Positions 30,491 through 40,793 of a stretch of 64,000 nt of DNA are shown here, one piece after another. Made by a program: the position numbers and the translations under genes. Origin of the DNA: Deferribacterales bacterium (GTDB taxonomy: Bacteria; Chrysiogenota; Deferribacteres; Deferribacterales; Geovibrionaceae); assembly GCA_050251945.1 (NCBI GenBank), contig JBFWLW010000002.1:1-64000 (forward strand), given 5' to 3'. Below the pieces are notes generated by a model. The model was not told the origin of the DNA and made no database searches. It saw only the letters and a program-made list of their open reading frames with translations. Numbering within the stretch: position 1 is the first letter of the stretch; every line of letters begins with the position of its first letter.

Positions 30491-30631
30491 CTGTTTGTTG
30501 ACAAACTAAATTTACACAGACTCTAGTTAGACTGCTTCGGGTTAAAACCCTCGCAGAGACTTTTTTTTGTCTTCGCGAGGAGCACATGCGACGACGCGAT
30601 CTCGCATTTTCCTGACTTTGTCATCAGTCAG
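30491..30631. mobile_element. MITE-like cassette between two GGCGGTC hairpins
   Basis: Ends TTGTTGACAAAC / TTTGTCATCAGTCAG; right half matches the 37861 and 60328 copies. Confidence 0.7.
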
Positions 30632-30735
30632 AAAGGCGGTCGGCCGACTGCCTTTTTTTTATTAATCCGCTAAGCAGACAGAAGACCACGTTTATAAACC
30701 TCGATAAATGTTTCTCACAGTTTACCCGTAGGCAT

Positions 30736-31833
30736 CTATGCTTCAATCCAGTGTTCCATCAACCCTAAAAGTCTTCTGATATCATCCGGATGAACGTTTC
30801 CTATTGTTCCGATACGGAAGGTTGCCTTTTTTGTCAGTTTACCGGGATATATGTAAAAACCGTTCTCTTTCAGATACGCATACATCCCCTCAAAATTAAA
30901 GTCATCCGAAGGGTACTCTATGGTCGTGATGACGGGAGACTGAACACCTTCTGTCAGAAACAGTTTAAAACCCAATGCTCTGATACCTTCGGAAAGGATT
31001 CTCTGATTCTCTCTGTATCTGGCACTGCGTGCCTTCACCCCGCCCTCTTCCCTCAATTCTTCGAGAGCCTGTTTCAGTCCGAGAATAATGTGAGTGGGGC
31101 TGGTGAAACGAAATCCCCCTTTGGTGGATTCCATAAAAGAATACTGATCGTACAGATCAAGAGAAACAGACCCGCTGTTCCCTTTGCATTTATCAACTGC
31201 ATCCCTGCGGCATACCACAAGTCCGACGCCCGGCACGCCCTGAAGACATTTATTGGAAGACGCCGCCATGAACGACATCCCGCACTCTTTCATATCAAAC
31301 TCAACCGAACCGAAACTGCTCATGCAGTCCGCCATAAAAACAGTACAGGATTCTGCACACAATCTGCCAAGTTCCAGTACGGGATTCAGTATTCCCGTGG
31401 TGGTTTCAAGGTGGATAACGGCGAAGTGAGTAAAGTCACCGCTCCATAACCTGTCCGCAACCGCCTTCACGTCAACGGGTTCGTCCTCTTCAAAAACAAC
31501 GGTCTCAAACTGCAATCCCGCTTTTTTTGCTATCTCCGCCATGCGATACCCGTACGCACCGTTTATGGCTATCAAAACTCTGTCGTTTACCCCGACTGCG
31601 CTGCACAGCATGGATTCCACTGCATACGTCCCCGACCCCTGCACAAGAACAGCAGTGAATTCGTCAGCGGCATCTGAGGCAAGACTAACAAGCTCCGCTC
31701 TGATATCCTGTATCATAGCGAAATATTCTTTGTCTCTGGTGGGAACGTCAAACATCATAGCACCGCGCACACCCTCTGTTGTGGAGAGCGGTCCGGGGGT
31801 CAAAAGAAGGTAATTATTGTCAAATCCGTGCAT
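30736..31833 (-). CDS. phnW: 2-aminoethylphosphonate--pyruvate transaminase
   Basis: LLTPGPLST, QGSGT, HLETTTG, SSNKCLQGVPG, RFTSPTH, IYPGKL. Confidence 0.95.
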   Translation of the reverse strand: MHGFDNNYLLLTPGPLSTTEGVRGAMMFDVPTRDKEYFAMIQDIRAELVSLASDAADEFTAVLVQGSGTYAVESMLCSAVGVNDRVLIAINGAYGYRMAEIAKKAGLQFETVVFEEDEPVDVKAVADRLWSGDFTHFAVIHLETTTGILNPVLELGRLCAESCTVFMADCMSSFGSVEFDMKECGMSFMAASSNKCLQGVPGVGLVVCRRDAVDKCKGNSGSVSLDLYDQYSFMESTKGGFRFTSPTHIILGLKQALEELREEGGVKARSARYRENQRILSEGIRALGFKLFLTEGVQSPVITTIEYPSDDFNFEGMYAYLKENGFYIYPGKLTKKATFRIGTIGNVHPDDIRRLLGLMEHWIEA

Positions 31834-31842
31834 ATCTTTCTC

Positions 31843-33978
31843 CTATATCCTGACCTGAGCCAGCGCCGAATCCAGAATATCAGCCGCCTGTTCTAGTTCG
31901 TTTTCCGTTATGGTGAGTGCAGGCGAAAGAGTGAGCACGCTTCCTGCGGATACTTTAAAGCTCAAACCAGCCTTGAGTGATTCGTACATCACATATTCCG
32001 CGATGAAGTTGCGTTCTTCCAGTTTTTTATCTATTTCAACAGCCGCCATAAGACCCAGATGGCGAACACCGCCAATCGTATGCCGGTATTTACTATGCAG
32101 ACCATCCAGAATTCCGGCGAAAAAGTCCCCTTTTCTGCCGGACTGTTCCGGTATCCTCTCTTTCTCCATGAAGTCGATGGCGGCAAGCCCTGCCACGCAG
32201 GCAACAGGATTTTTCTCGTGAGTGTAATGCCCGATAGAAATATCCTGCACTCCGTCCAGTCCTTCGCGTGCCATTAAACATGCGAGAGGCATCACTCCTC
32301 CTCCGAGACCTTTTCCAGCAACTATCATGTCAGGTTTCACATCAAAATGCTGATATGAAAACCATTTGCCCGACCTGCCAAGCCCTGCGGCAGTTTCGTC
32401 GAATATCTTAAGCACTCCGTACTTACTGCATATGCTGTCCAGTCTTTCAAAATACAATTTATCAGGCACGTGAACTGTGGTACAGCGCACCGCCTCAAGT
32501 ATCACGGCGGCTACGTTGTTGTTATCTTTTATACGTTTCTCCAGCATATCAAGACATTTATGCCCGCATGCGGAACAATCGCCGAACATGCATCTGTAGC
32601 TGTCGTAAGGCAGAAAGTTTTCACCTGTATCGAATCCTTTGATCCCTTTCAGAAACCCCGGATCCCCCGCGGCGGAGAGTGCATCCAGACTTGCACCGTG
32701 GAAGGAACCGTATGTAGAGAGTATCTTGGTTTTACCTGTTATTTTCATAGCAAGCTTTATGGCGCTGCTGACCGCCAGCGTCGCGGCGGGAGCGAAAAGA
32801 ACCCGCTCCATGCCTGTCAGTTCGGTAAGTTTTTCAGCCAGCCTGACCGCTTTTTCGTTAGTATAACGGCGCGGACAAAACGACATAGTATCCATCTGAT
32901 CTGCCACTGCGCTTATAACATGATCATTCCCGAATCCTATCTGGTGCACACCGTTCCCGTGAAAATCCAGCACGTCGGTACCATCCGCCAGCAGGAACCC
33001 TGCATCCCGGCATTCAATCACGGCATCCAGACAAGGCGAGGAAAGCGCCTGTCCAAGAAACACAGCTTCGTCTCTGCGCACAAGTTCAGCGGACTTTCCC
33101 GAAAGCTCCGCATTGCGGAACGAGCGCAAAACGGAAGTGTTGGATTCGCCCTCTGCAACGAGGCTTCTGTCAGCCGCAGAAGGGGTTTCACCCCTTGCAA
33201 TGCGTGCGTCTATCTTTTTCAGTATCGCGGGCAGTTCGCTGTTGAAAACAGCAACATAGTGTGCCCCCGCCGCATAAAGCCTTTCGGCAACATTGTCAGC
33301 TTTTTTCATCAGGAGATAACTGTCAACGGTCTCAACCTCTTCGGGTGAAAATCCCATTTCGCTGCCCCCCATAACAAGCCCGACGGACCACATTCCGGCG
33401 TTCACGCCCTCTTTTATGTCGGCAACAGTGTCGCCCACCTTAACACATGAAGACGCCGGGGAAACGTTCATCACTTTCATATTTTCGTGGCACATCCACG
33501 GCGCAGGTCTGCCTGCGGGCATTTCGTCAGACGCTACTATATGGTCGGGTGCATACCCCTGACGCTTCGCATTTTCAGCCACCACAACCATCATATCTTT
33601 GGTGTATCCTGTGGTGGAACCAACCTTAAGTCCCATAGCGCGTATCTGAGCAACCACATCAAGGATTCCCTCTATCGGTGTCGAAAAGTCCGGCAGGCTT
33701 TCAATGAGCCTCTTCTCAACCTTCTCATATATGGCATCTATTTCAGATTCAGACGCGCTGTGTCCGTGTGTTTTTTCAAACTGCGCGACAACGTCATTCA
33801 TACGGAATATTTCACCGATATGGTCACGTTTTTTCATCCCCATGTGCAGGCGAACGCTGTCCGGCGAAACGGTTATCCCCTCTTCCGCCAGAACTGATAT
33901 CATGGCGGCTACCGGAGCAAAACATCCGTAATCGACCGCAGTTCCCGCCCAGTCGAATATAACTGCTTTAAGATTCAT
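31843..33978 (-). CDS. phnX: Fusion of phosphonoacetaldehyde hydrolase (PhnX) and a class III PLP enzyme (PbfA-like)
   Basis: N-terminal DWAGT.VDYG, MGMKKRDHI, GRPAPWM, KVGDT; C-terminal DFHGNGVHQIG, FHGASLD, IFDE, GKGLGGG, HYTHEKNP, in one continuous ORF. Confidence 0.88.
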   Translation of the reverse strand: MNLKAVIFDWAGTAVDYGCFAPVAAMISVLAEEGITVSPDSVRLHMGMKKRDHIGEIFRMNDVVAQFEKTHGHSASESEIDAIYEKVEKRLIESLPDFSTPIEGILDVVAQIRAMGLKVGSTTGYTKDMMVVVAENAKRQGYAPDHIVASDEMPAGRPAPWMCHENMKVMNVSPASSCVKVGDTVADIKEGVNAGMWSVGLVMGGSEMGFSPEEVETVDSYLLMKKADNVAERLYAAGAHYVAVFNSELPAILKKIDARIARGETPSAADRSLVAEGESNTSVLRSFRNAELSGKSAELVRRDEAVFLGQALSSPCLDAVIECRDAGFLLADGTDVLDFHGNGVHQIGFGNDHVISAVADQMDTMSFCPRRYTNEKAVRLAEKLTELTGMERVLFAPAATLAVSSAIKLAMKITGKTKILSTYGSFHGASLDALSAAGDPGFLKGIKGFDTGENFLPYDSYRCMFGDCSACGHKCLDMLEKRIKDNNNVAAVILEAVRCTTVHVPDKLYFERLDSICSKYGVLKIFDETAAGLGRSGKWFSYQHFDVKPDMIVAGKGLGGGVMPLACLMAREGLDGVQDISIGHYTHEKNPVACVAGLAAIDFMEKERIPEQSGRKGDFFAGILDGLHSKYRHTIGGVRHLGLMAAVEIDKKLEERNFIAEYVMYESLKAGLSFKVSAGSVLTLSPALTITENELEQAADILDSALAQVRI

Positions 33979-35675
33979 TTTTCCCTCTGTATGGTCTGCC
34001 AGCGGGCAGTTTTTTTTCGTATCATCCCGGCAGCTATGTCATAAATTATTTTCACACCCATATTGGTGAACAGTATCAGGCTCGCCATAGCGGCGGCAGA
34101 CGCTGTATCGCCCGCATCATCCATGCTGACGATGGCTATGGTGGCAAGTTTCGTGTCCTGCCCGTAAAGGAATATCACTGCAGAGATTGTCACCATTGAG
34201 TTCACGAAGAAATAGAAGAAGGTCTCCATTACGGCATTCAGAGACAGAGGCAGGGTGACCCTGAACAGGGTTTTCACAGGAGCCACTCCCATAGATTCCG
34301 CAACGTTGTCATACTCTTTGTCCTGTTTTTTCAGTGAGCTTGTGATAGACATCACAGGAACGGCGATGAAGTGGATGATGTTTGCAAGTACCAGTATGGC
34401 AAGGGTGCCGTATATGAAAGAAAACGGATTTGAAGGGCTGTTGAAAAACAGAATATACGCCAGACCAATAACCAGCCCCGGCACAGCCAGCGTCGCTATG
34501 GCAAGGGCATAAGGCACCTTTCGCAAAAAGTCCTTCACCTTTGTCTTTTCCGCAGTGTATGCCGCGGCAAACGCAACGGCTGTTCCGGCCGCCGCTGTTC
34601 CCAGCGCCACCTTAAGGCTGTTCAGATATGACGAAAAATCACCTGCCACATACTTGAACATATAGTGTTTCAGCGTCAGCGTCATGTCATAAGGGAAAAA
34701 TTTCATGAACGATACGAACACCGAAGTTCCGATAACAAAAAAGATGCAGAGCGCTATACCCCAGCAATAAACAGCCGCAATAGTTTCCGGGAACAGGCTG
34801 CGCCTGATAACATAGGGCACTGATTTTGAGGAGAATGTCGCACCCTGACGGCGCTGTATCAGTCTGTCGATAAAAAACGCTATGAGTGCAGGAATCAGCA
34901 AAAGCACAGCAACTGTCGCTCCCATGGAAAAGTTCTGCTGACCTATCACTTGCTTGTAGATATCAACCGCCATAACGTTATACTGACCGCCGACAATCTT
35001 CGGAGCGCCCATATCGGTGAAGCTCAGTATGAAGATGGTCGTAAGTGCCGATATGGTTCCGTATTTCACAGACGGAAGCGTAACGGTGAAGAATTTGCGC
35101 AGGTTGCCCGCGCCCATTGTTTCCGCCGCCTCATAAAGTCTGTAGTCACTCATGGCAAAAGATACGGATAGTATCAGATATGCATGAGGGAAAGTGTAGA
35201 TAACCTCTGAAATGATGATGCCCGCTGCACCGTATATCTCGAAAGGGAAAGCATGACTTGTCCCCATCTTCGCGTTAAGCCACGCCATCAGCACATTTGA
35301 AATTATCCCCTGCCGCCCGAAAAGATATACCAGAGCGATACCGTGGAGCATTGTCGGAGTGAACAGCGAGATCATGGAGATGTAGCGCAGAACATATTTG
35401 CCGCGCATGTGAATACGCGAAATACAAAACGCATAAAAAAACGCCAGCAAAAAGGTGACGACAGTCACTATCCCCGAAACAACGAATGAATTTTTGAACG
35501 AAGATATCATGTTGGGAGATGTGAAATATTCGGCGAAATTCTTAAGCCCGATGAACGAACCATCGGAATCACAGAACGCAAGTCTGCCGATACTCACAAG
35601 AGGCAGAAAGAAAAAGAGAATAAAATAGAGTATTATCAAGCCTATAAGGATAGGTGTCACGATTTTGGCTTTCAT
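33975..35675 (-). CDS. Aminoethylphosphonate ABC transporter permease
   Basis: Two TM modules, YEAAETMGA loop, operon context. Confidence 0.88.
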   Translation of the reverse strand: MKAKIVTPILIGLIILYFILFFFLPLVSIGRLAFCDSDGSFIGLKNFAEYFTSPNMISSFKNSFVVSGIVTVVTFLLAFFYAFCISRIHMRGKYVLRYISMISLFTPTMLHGIALVYLFGRQGIISNVLMAWLNAKMGTSHAFPFEIYGAAGIIISEVIYTFPHAYLILSVSFAMSDYRLYEAAETMGAGNLRKFFTVTLPSVKYGTISALTTIFILSFTDMGAPKIVGGQYNVMAVDIYKQVIGQQNFSMGATVAVLLLIPALIAFFIDRLIQRRQGATFSSKSVPYVIRRSLFPETIAAVYCWGIALCIFFVIGTSVFVSFMKFFPYDMTLTLKHYMFKYVAGDFSSYLNSLKVALGTAAAGTAVAFAAAYTAEKTKVKDFLRKVPYALAIATLAVPGLVIGLAYILFFNSPSNPFSFIYGTLAILVLANIIHFIAVPVMSITSSLKKQDKEYDNVAESMGVAPVKTLFRVTLPLSLNAVMETFFYFFVNSMVTISAVIFLYGQDTKLATIAIVSMDDAGDTASAAAMASLILFTNMGVKIIYDIAAGMIRKKTARWQTIQREK

Positions 35676-35684
35676 CTTTGTTCC

Positions 35685-36665
35685 TTAAAAACTGATGGCA
35701 GATTCCGGTATCTGCACCTTGATGAGACTTTCAGCCCTGAGCCTCTGCATGGCAGGGTCGCAAGAGCTGACATCAACCACCAGCGGCGCATCGGTCTTTA
35801 TGTTCTCCAGTTTCAGAAAAAGCCTTAAAAAAGCCCCGCGGAATTCAATATCTTTGACGACGGCGTTTATGCCTTCGTTGCTGAACGTGCTCACATGTAT
35901 CTGTTCGGGACGGACGCCCACTTTTCTGCCGTCTATATGCAGAAAGTTCATCATACCGACAAAGCCCGCTATGAACTCTGTTTTAGGGGAGAAATAAAGG
36001 TCGTCCGGCGTGCCGAACTGCTCTATAACCCCGTTGTTCATGACAGCTATCTTATCTGAAACGGTAATCGCCTCTTCCTGATCGTGAGTGACCATCACTG
36101 TCGTTATGTTCATTTTGTCGTGAATGGCGCGTATCTCTTTGCGAAGTTTTTCGCGCACTTTTGCATCAAGAGCTGAAAGCGGTTCGTCCAGAAGGAGGAT
36201 ACCGGGTTTAAGCGCAAGTGCTCTGGCAAGCGCAACCCTCTGCTGCTGACCTCCGGAAAGCTGAAAAGGATATTTTTCCTTTTCGCCGTGCAGTCCGGTT
36301 ATATCGAGCATTTCGCTGACAATACTTTCAGCCGCTCTTTTACCTATATTCTTTATTCTGAGACCGTATGCGATGTTCTGCACAACTGTCAGGTTGGGAA
36401 ACAGTGCATACGACTGGAACACTATGCCGAAATTTCTTCGTGATGCGGGAACAGGGGAGAAATCCTCTCCTCTGAAAAAGACGGAACCGCTGTCAGAGCT
36501 TTCCAGACCTGCTATGATGCGCAGAAGAGTTGTCTTTCCACAGCCGGAAGAACCAAGAAGACAGATGAATTCACCGCGTTTTGCGGTGAAAGAAACATCG
36601 CTCAGCACTCTTTTTCCGCCGAACGATTTTGTTATATTACAGGTTTTCAGATATTCGTTTTCCAT
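35685..36665 (-). CDS. Aminoethylphosphonate ABC transporter ATPase (PhnT-like)
   Basis: GSSGCGKT, LSGGQQQR, LLLDEP, VTHDQEEA. Confidence 0.9.
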   Translation of the reverse strand: MENEYLKTCNITKSFGGKRVLSDVSFTAKRGEFICLLGSSGCGKTTLLRIIAGLESSDSGSVFFRGEDFSPVPASRRNFGIVFQSYALFPNLTVVQNIAYGLRIKNIGKRAAESIVSEMLDITGLHGEKEKYPFQLSGGQQQRVALARALALKPGILLLDEPLSALDAKVREKLRKEIRAIHDKMNITTVMVTHDQEEAITVSDKIAVMNNGVIEQFGTPDDLYFSPKTEFIAGFVGMMNFLHIDGRKVGVRPEQIHVSTFSNEGINAVVKDIEFRGAFLRLFLKLENIKTDAPLVVDVSSCDPAMQRLRAESLIKVQIPESAISF

Positions 36666-36726
36666 TTTGTCCTATCGGGTAAAGGGGTGCGGAGAGGGCA
36701 AAAAGACCCTCCCCGCATAAGGAGTG

Positions 36727-37737
36727 TTATTTCTTGGGTTCGCTTTTTGCGTCGTATCTTGCAGACCATTCTTTAAGTATTCTTTCTCTGTTCTGGGCTG
36801 CCCATTTCAGATCGTTTTTGATAATCTGTCTGAGAGGCTCTGCAACGTATCCAGCGGGAACAGGGTTGTTGTTCTTAACTGTGATAATAGCGAAGTTCTT
36901 GTTGTATTCGGTCATAGCCCCGGAGGATATTGCCCAGTCGAGGAATTTTTTTGCATCGGGGCTGATGGATTTTTTCTTCATAAGAGCGTTGGCTTCAAGA
37001 TCCCAGCCGGAACCCTCTTTGGGGAAAACAACAGCAACCGGAGCGCCTTTTTTCATCTCTGTGATGCCTCTGTAGCCAAAGGAAACACCGATGGGATATT
37101 CGCCTGTTGCAGCCATTTTTGAAGGTTTGGAACCGGAGTGTGTATACATGGCGACATTCTGGTGAAGTTTATCCATATATTCCCATGCTTTTTTCTCTTT
37201 ATATATCTGCATCCATGCGTTGACCGTAAGGTATCCTGTGCCTGATGAAGCAGGATTGGGCATGGTGATGAGACCCTTATACATGGGTTTCAGCAGATCG
37301 GAATAGCTTGCGGGGATAGGCAGATTGCGTTTTTCAAGTTCAGGCTTGTTCACAGTGAAAGCTGTCATCCATGCGTCGATACCCACCCATGCGGGAACTT
37401 TTTTGTTGTCTTTGAACTGAGGAAGTATCTTCTCAACACCTTTGGGGGCATAGGGATCAAGCATCTTCTGGCTGTCCAGCACAAGAAGGCTCGTAGCGGC
37501 GAGTCCCCATACGACGTCCGCCTGAGGATTGGCTTTCTCAGCCAGCAGACGGGCAGTTATTATTCCTGTGGAATCCCTTACAATGTTAACCTTGATATCG
37601 GGATACTGTTTTTTGAATGATTCGAGGTATACAGGGTACTGGTCGTCCTCAAGTGCTGTGTAGACCGTGATTTCCCCTGCAAAAGCAGACATTGCGAAAG
37701 TAAGCATCGCAATAAACATCAGAAGTAATTTTTTCAT
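36727..37737 (-). CDS. Aminoethylphosphonate ABC substrate-binding protein
   Basis: Signal peptide, [28 protein letters not shown]. Confidence 0.88.
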   Translation of the reverse strand: MKKLLLMFIAMLTFAMSAFAGEITVYTALEDDQYPVYLESFKKQYPDIKVNIVRDSTGIITARLLAEKANPQADVVWGLAATSLLVLDSQKMLDPYAPKGVEKILPQFKDNKKVPAWVGIDAWMTAFTVNKPELEKRNLPIPASYSDLLKPMYKGLITMPNPASSGTGYLTVNAWMQIYKEKKAWEYMDKLHQNVAMYTHSGSKPSKMAATGEYPIGVSFGYRGITEMKKGAPVAVVFPKEGSGWDLEANALMKKKSISPDAKKFLDWAISSGAMTEYNKNFAIITVKNNNPVPAGYVAEPLRQIIKNDLKWAAQNRERILKEWSARYDAKSEPKK

Positions 37738-37860
37738 TTTGACCTCCGTCAGAATATCCAACGGTTAAGCATATGGTCAAAATGAAATAGAAATGTCGCA
37801 TATTTGCCAGAGAGTGGAAAATTATATGTAAATAAGATGAAAGGCGGTGCGTGACCGCCT

Positions 37861-38002
37861 CTGACTGATGACAAAGTCAGGAAAATGCGAGATCGCGTCG
37901 TCGCATGCGCTCCTCGAGAAGACGTAAATTGCTGTCATTGCGAGGAAGCTGTAGGCTGACGCGGCAATCTCATTAACTTTTAACAAGTTTCTCAACAACC
38001 TG
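37861..38002. mobile_element. 142-bp MITE-like cassette (inverted copy of 60328-60469)
   Basis: About 7 mismatches versus the reverse complement of 60328-60469 (counted by eye); AGGCGGT..ACCGCCT hairpins on both sides. Confidence 0.8.
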
Positions 38003-38027
38003 AAGGCGGTCGGCCGACCGCCTTTTT

Positions 38028-39149
38028 TTATGCACCTATACAAAGTCCCATTTTTTCGCAGAGACCGGACACGTCTTTATTTTTAAGAACCGCCTTATTC
38101 TTTCTGGCAAGTTTTTTCGCTTCATAAAGAAGCCCCGTGAGCTGCCAGCGGTCAAGGTGTATGCCCTCCTGCGCAAGCATATGCTCCAGAACGTGCAGAC
38201 CGGACTGGTTGCCGAACACAAGATGTCTTTTCATATCCAGTTCATCAGGATCGAAAGCTTCGTAATTTTTCGGATTTTTCAGCACGCCGTCGGTATGGAT
38301 GCCTGATTCATGGGTGAACATATATTCACCGATAACTGGACGCTGGGGATCAACATTTCTGCCCGCCGCCTGTGCCACATATTCGGAAAGAGGACGAAGA
38401 TGTTTGGTGTTGAAAGTGTCCTGATTTCCGTAGACATGGCGCGCCGCCATGATTATCTCTTCCAGAGGCGCGTTGCCCGCCCGCTCGCCAAGTCCCATAA
38501 CGGTGGTGTTGACATGTGTGGCACCCGCCTGAACAGCCGCCAGAGCGTTCGCTGTCGCCATGCCGAAGTCGTTGTGGGTATGAACCTCAAGGTCGAGTTT
38601 TGTGGATTCGCGAATCCTCTTTGTCATATTATATGTACGGAACGGATCGAGAATCCCTACCGTATCGCAAAAGCGGAAACGGGATGCCCCGTGCGCCTCT
38701 ATCGTCTGAACGTACTGCTCGATGAAATCGGGATGCGCCCTTGAAGCGTCCTCGCCGCCCACAGAAACATAGAGGTTATATTTTGCGCAATAATCAAGCA
38801 CCTCTGCTATCTGTTTAAGCACCCACTCCCTTGTTTTGCCCAGCTTCGTTTCTATCTGTATATCCGAAAGGGGCAGTGATATCTCTATTGAGTCTGCACC
38901 TGCGATGACCGATGCCTGAACGTCTTTCACAAGCGCACGGTTCCATGCTATGATGCGTGCTTTGAGTCCTAAGTCCATGATGGACGCGAACATTGCAGAC
39001 TCCTCAATGCCCATTACAGGGATCCCCGCCTCTATCTCCTGAACACCGATAGCGTCCAGTCTGCGGGCTATCTCCAGCCTTTCCTTGCGGGTGAACGCCA
39101 CTCCGGGTGTCTGTTCACCGTCTCTGAGTGTAGTGTCGTCTATTATCAT
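38028..39149 (-). CDS. nifV: Homocitrate synthase
   Basis: DTTLRDGEQTPG, HTHNDFGMATAN, HESGIH; no LeuA regulatory domain; sigma54 promoter; divergent from nifB. Confidence 0.92.
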   Translation of the reverse strand: MIIDDTTLRDGEQTPGVAFTRKERLEIARRLDAIGVQEIEAGIPVMGIEESAMFASIMDLGLKARIIAWNRALVKDVQASVIAGADSIEISLPLSDIQIETKLGKTREWVLKQIAEVLDYCAKYNLYVSVGGEDASRAHPDFIEQYVQTIEAHGASRFRFCDTVGILDPFRTYNMTKRIRESTKLDLEVHTHNDFGMATANALAAVQAGATHVNTTVMGLGERAGNAPLEEIIMAARHVYGNQDTFNTKHLRPLSEYVAQAAGRNVDPQRPVIGEYMFTHESGIHTDGVLKNPKNYEAFDPDELDMKRHLVFGNQSGLHVLEHMLAQEGIHLDRWQLTGLLYEAKKLARKNKAVLKNKDVSGLCEKMGLCIGA

Positions 39150-39173
39150 GGTTGCCTCCCTTGTACTGTTACT

Positions 39174-39189
39174 TGCAAAAGATGTGCCA
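39174..39189 (-). promoter_or_regulatory. sigma54 promoter of nifV
   Basis: TGGCAC-ATCTT-TTGCA. Confidence 0.85.
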
Positions 39190-39252
39190 TACTCATCCGT
39201 TGATTAAAAAACAGACGAATGCACAAGAAATGACCAGATAGAAATGAACCAT

Positions 39253-39340
39253 CTCCCCTCTTCAGCAAAGAGGGGTCGGGAGAGATTTACATTTATTATT
39301 AATAAAATCCACCCCAACCCTCCTTTGTCAAAGGAGGGAG
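39253..39340. repeat. CCCCT/AGGGG-type palindromic repeat pair
   Basis: AATCCACCCCAACCCTCCTTTGTCAAAGGAGGGAG closely matches 45181-45216. Confidence 0.7.
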
Positions 39341-39380
39341 TAAGAATAAGAATGACTGTGTCTCAATATTTATTATTTCT

Positions 39381-39396
39381 TGGCACGATCATTGCT
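39381..39396 (+). promoter_or_regulatory. sigma54 promoter of nifB
   Basis: TGGCAC-GATCA-TTGCT. Confidence 0.88.
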
Positions 39397-39419
39397 CACT
39401 CCAGAGTGTGAGGTGACAA

Positions 39420-40772
39420 ATGGATAGAGACACAGTTAAAGCTAAAATTGATAAGCACCCCTGCTACTGCAAGGATGCCCACAATAAATTTGCAAGGATA
39501 CACCTGCCTGTTGCGCCCGCATGCAACATCCAGTGCAACTACTGCAACAGGAAATACGACTGTTCAAACGAGTCCCGCCCCGGCGTGACCAGCAGTATCC
39601 TGACACCAGAACACGCCCTTGAAAAAGTCATTATGGTGAAACATTCAATCGAAAATCTCTCCGTGGTTGGCATAGCGGGTCCCGGCGATGCACTTGCGAA
39701 CCCCGAAGCGACTTTCGAGACGCTGAGACTTCTTAAAACATATGACAAAGAACTTATCCCCTGCATAAGCACAAACGGTCTGGCACTGCCCGACCATCTG
39801 GACGACATTGCAGAGCTTAAAATAGGACACGTTACCGTAACCATGAATGCAGTTGACCCCGAGATCGGTCAGAAAATCTACAGCTGGATACACTACAACG
39901 ACAGGACGTATCACGGTGTCGAGGCCGCCCGCATTCTTATGGAACGCCAGATAGAGGGTATCAGAGGACTTGTTGAGCGCGGAATACTCGTTAAGGTGAA
40001 CACTGTTCTTATCCCCGGTATAAACGACGCCCACATCGGCGAAGTCGCCAAAAAGATAAAAGAACTGGGCGTGTTCATCCACAACATAATCCCGCTGATG
40101 AGCAAACCCGAATACGGAACAAAATTTGCCAACGACGGCGTACCGGAACCCACTCCGGAGCTTATCGGAAAGATTCGCTTCCAGTGCGCTGAGATAATGG
40201 GCGGATTTGACTCCGTTATGCAGCACTGCCGTCAGTGCCGTGCAGACGCAATAGGCAAACTCGGTCAGGACTGGGATTTCAACAACGTCACAGAAGACGT
40301 TAAAGCCGCCGCTTCAATGCTGAAAGCTCAGGTCATAAGCAGCAGAAGACACAGCTTTTCCGAGCAGTTTCACAGCGAATGGAAGGTGAGAACTTACGAC
40401 CGCAGCACGATGGTGCTTGTCGCAGTTGCAACCAACAATCACCGCATGGCGGACATCTCTTTCAAAAATGCAAGAAACTTTTATGTATATGAAGTATCCG
40501 GATGGGGAGCGCACCTGCGCGAAATACGCACACTGGACTATGACAACTCTCAGGCGTGCATAAAACTCTCCGGACACCTTAAGAACGTTGCCGCACTCCT
40601 TGAAGACTGCGCGGCGATGGTATGCACCGTGGCAGGTAAAAACGCCTACGTGGATATGAAACGCAGAGGCATCCATGTTGACACCAGACAAGCCTATAAA
40701 GGCATCGAAGAGGCGGCATGGGAAGCAGGAAGCAAACGTCTCGCCGAAATGAACCGTTCAAAAACGGCATAA
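39420..40772 (+). CDS. nifB: FeMo-cofactor biosynthesis radical SAM protein with C-terminal NifX-like domain
   Basis: HPC, CNIQCNYC, NESRPG, AGPGD, CRQCRADA. Confidence 0.97.
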   Translation: MDRDTVKAKIDKHPCYCKDAHNKFARIHLPVAPACNIQCNYCNRKYDCSNESRPGVTSSILTPEHALEKVIMVKHSIENLSVVGIAGPGDALANPEATFETLRLLKTYDKELIPCISTNGLALPDHLDDIAELKIGHVTVTMNAVDPEIGQKIYSWIHYNDRTYHGVEAARILMERQIEGIRGLVERGILVKVNTVLIPGINDAHIGEVAKKIKELGVFIHNIIPLMSKPEYGTKFANDGVPEPTPELIGKIRFQCAEIMGGFDSVMQHCRQCRADAIGKLGQDWDFNNVTEDVKAAASMLKAQVISSRRHSFSEQFHSEWKVRTYDRSTMVLVAVATNNHRMADISFKNARNFYVYEVSGWGAHLREIRTLDYDNSQACIKLSGHLKNVAALLEDCAAMVCTVAGKNAYVDMKRRGIHVDTRQAYKGIEEAAWEAGSKRLAEMNRSKTA

Positions 40773-40793
40773 CGGACAGGGGGAATTATTATT

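Noticed and set aside
32470..33348. 292-aa antisense ORF and similar ones (30790, 52994, 61799, 63626)
   Set aside because: Shadows of well-supported genes on the opposite strand, with no motifs.
37760..37830. Pho box upstream of the phosphonate operon
   Set aside because: Only a weak 11-bp-spaced match (GCGACAT/ATTTCAT); cannot be supported by eye.
37822..38043. Duplicated small ORF (also 60332-60556; similar short ORFs at 11251-11538 and 45256-45447)
   Set aside because: Translations of non-coding repeat cassettes, without RBS or consistent ends.
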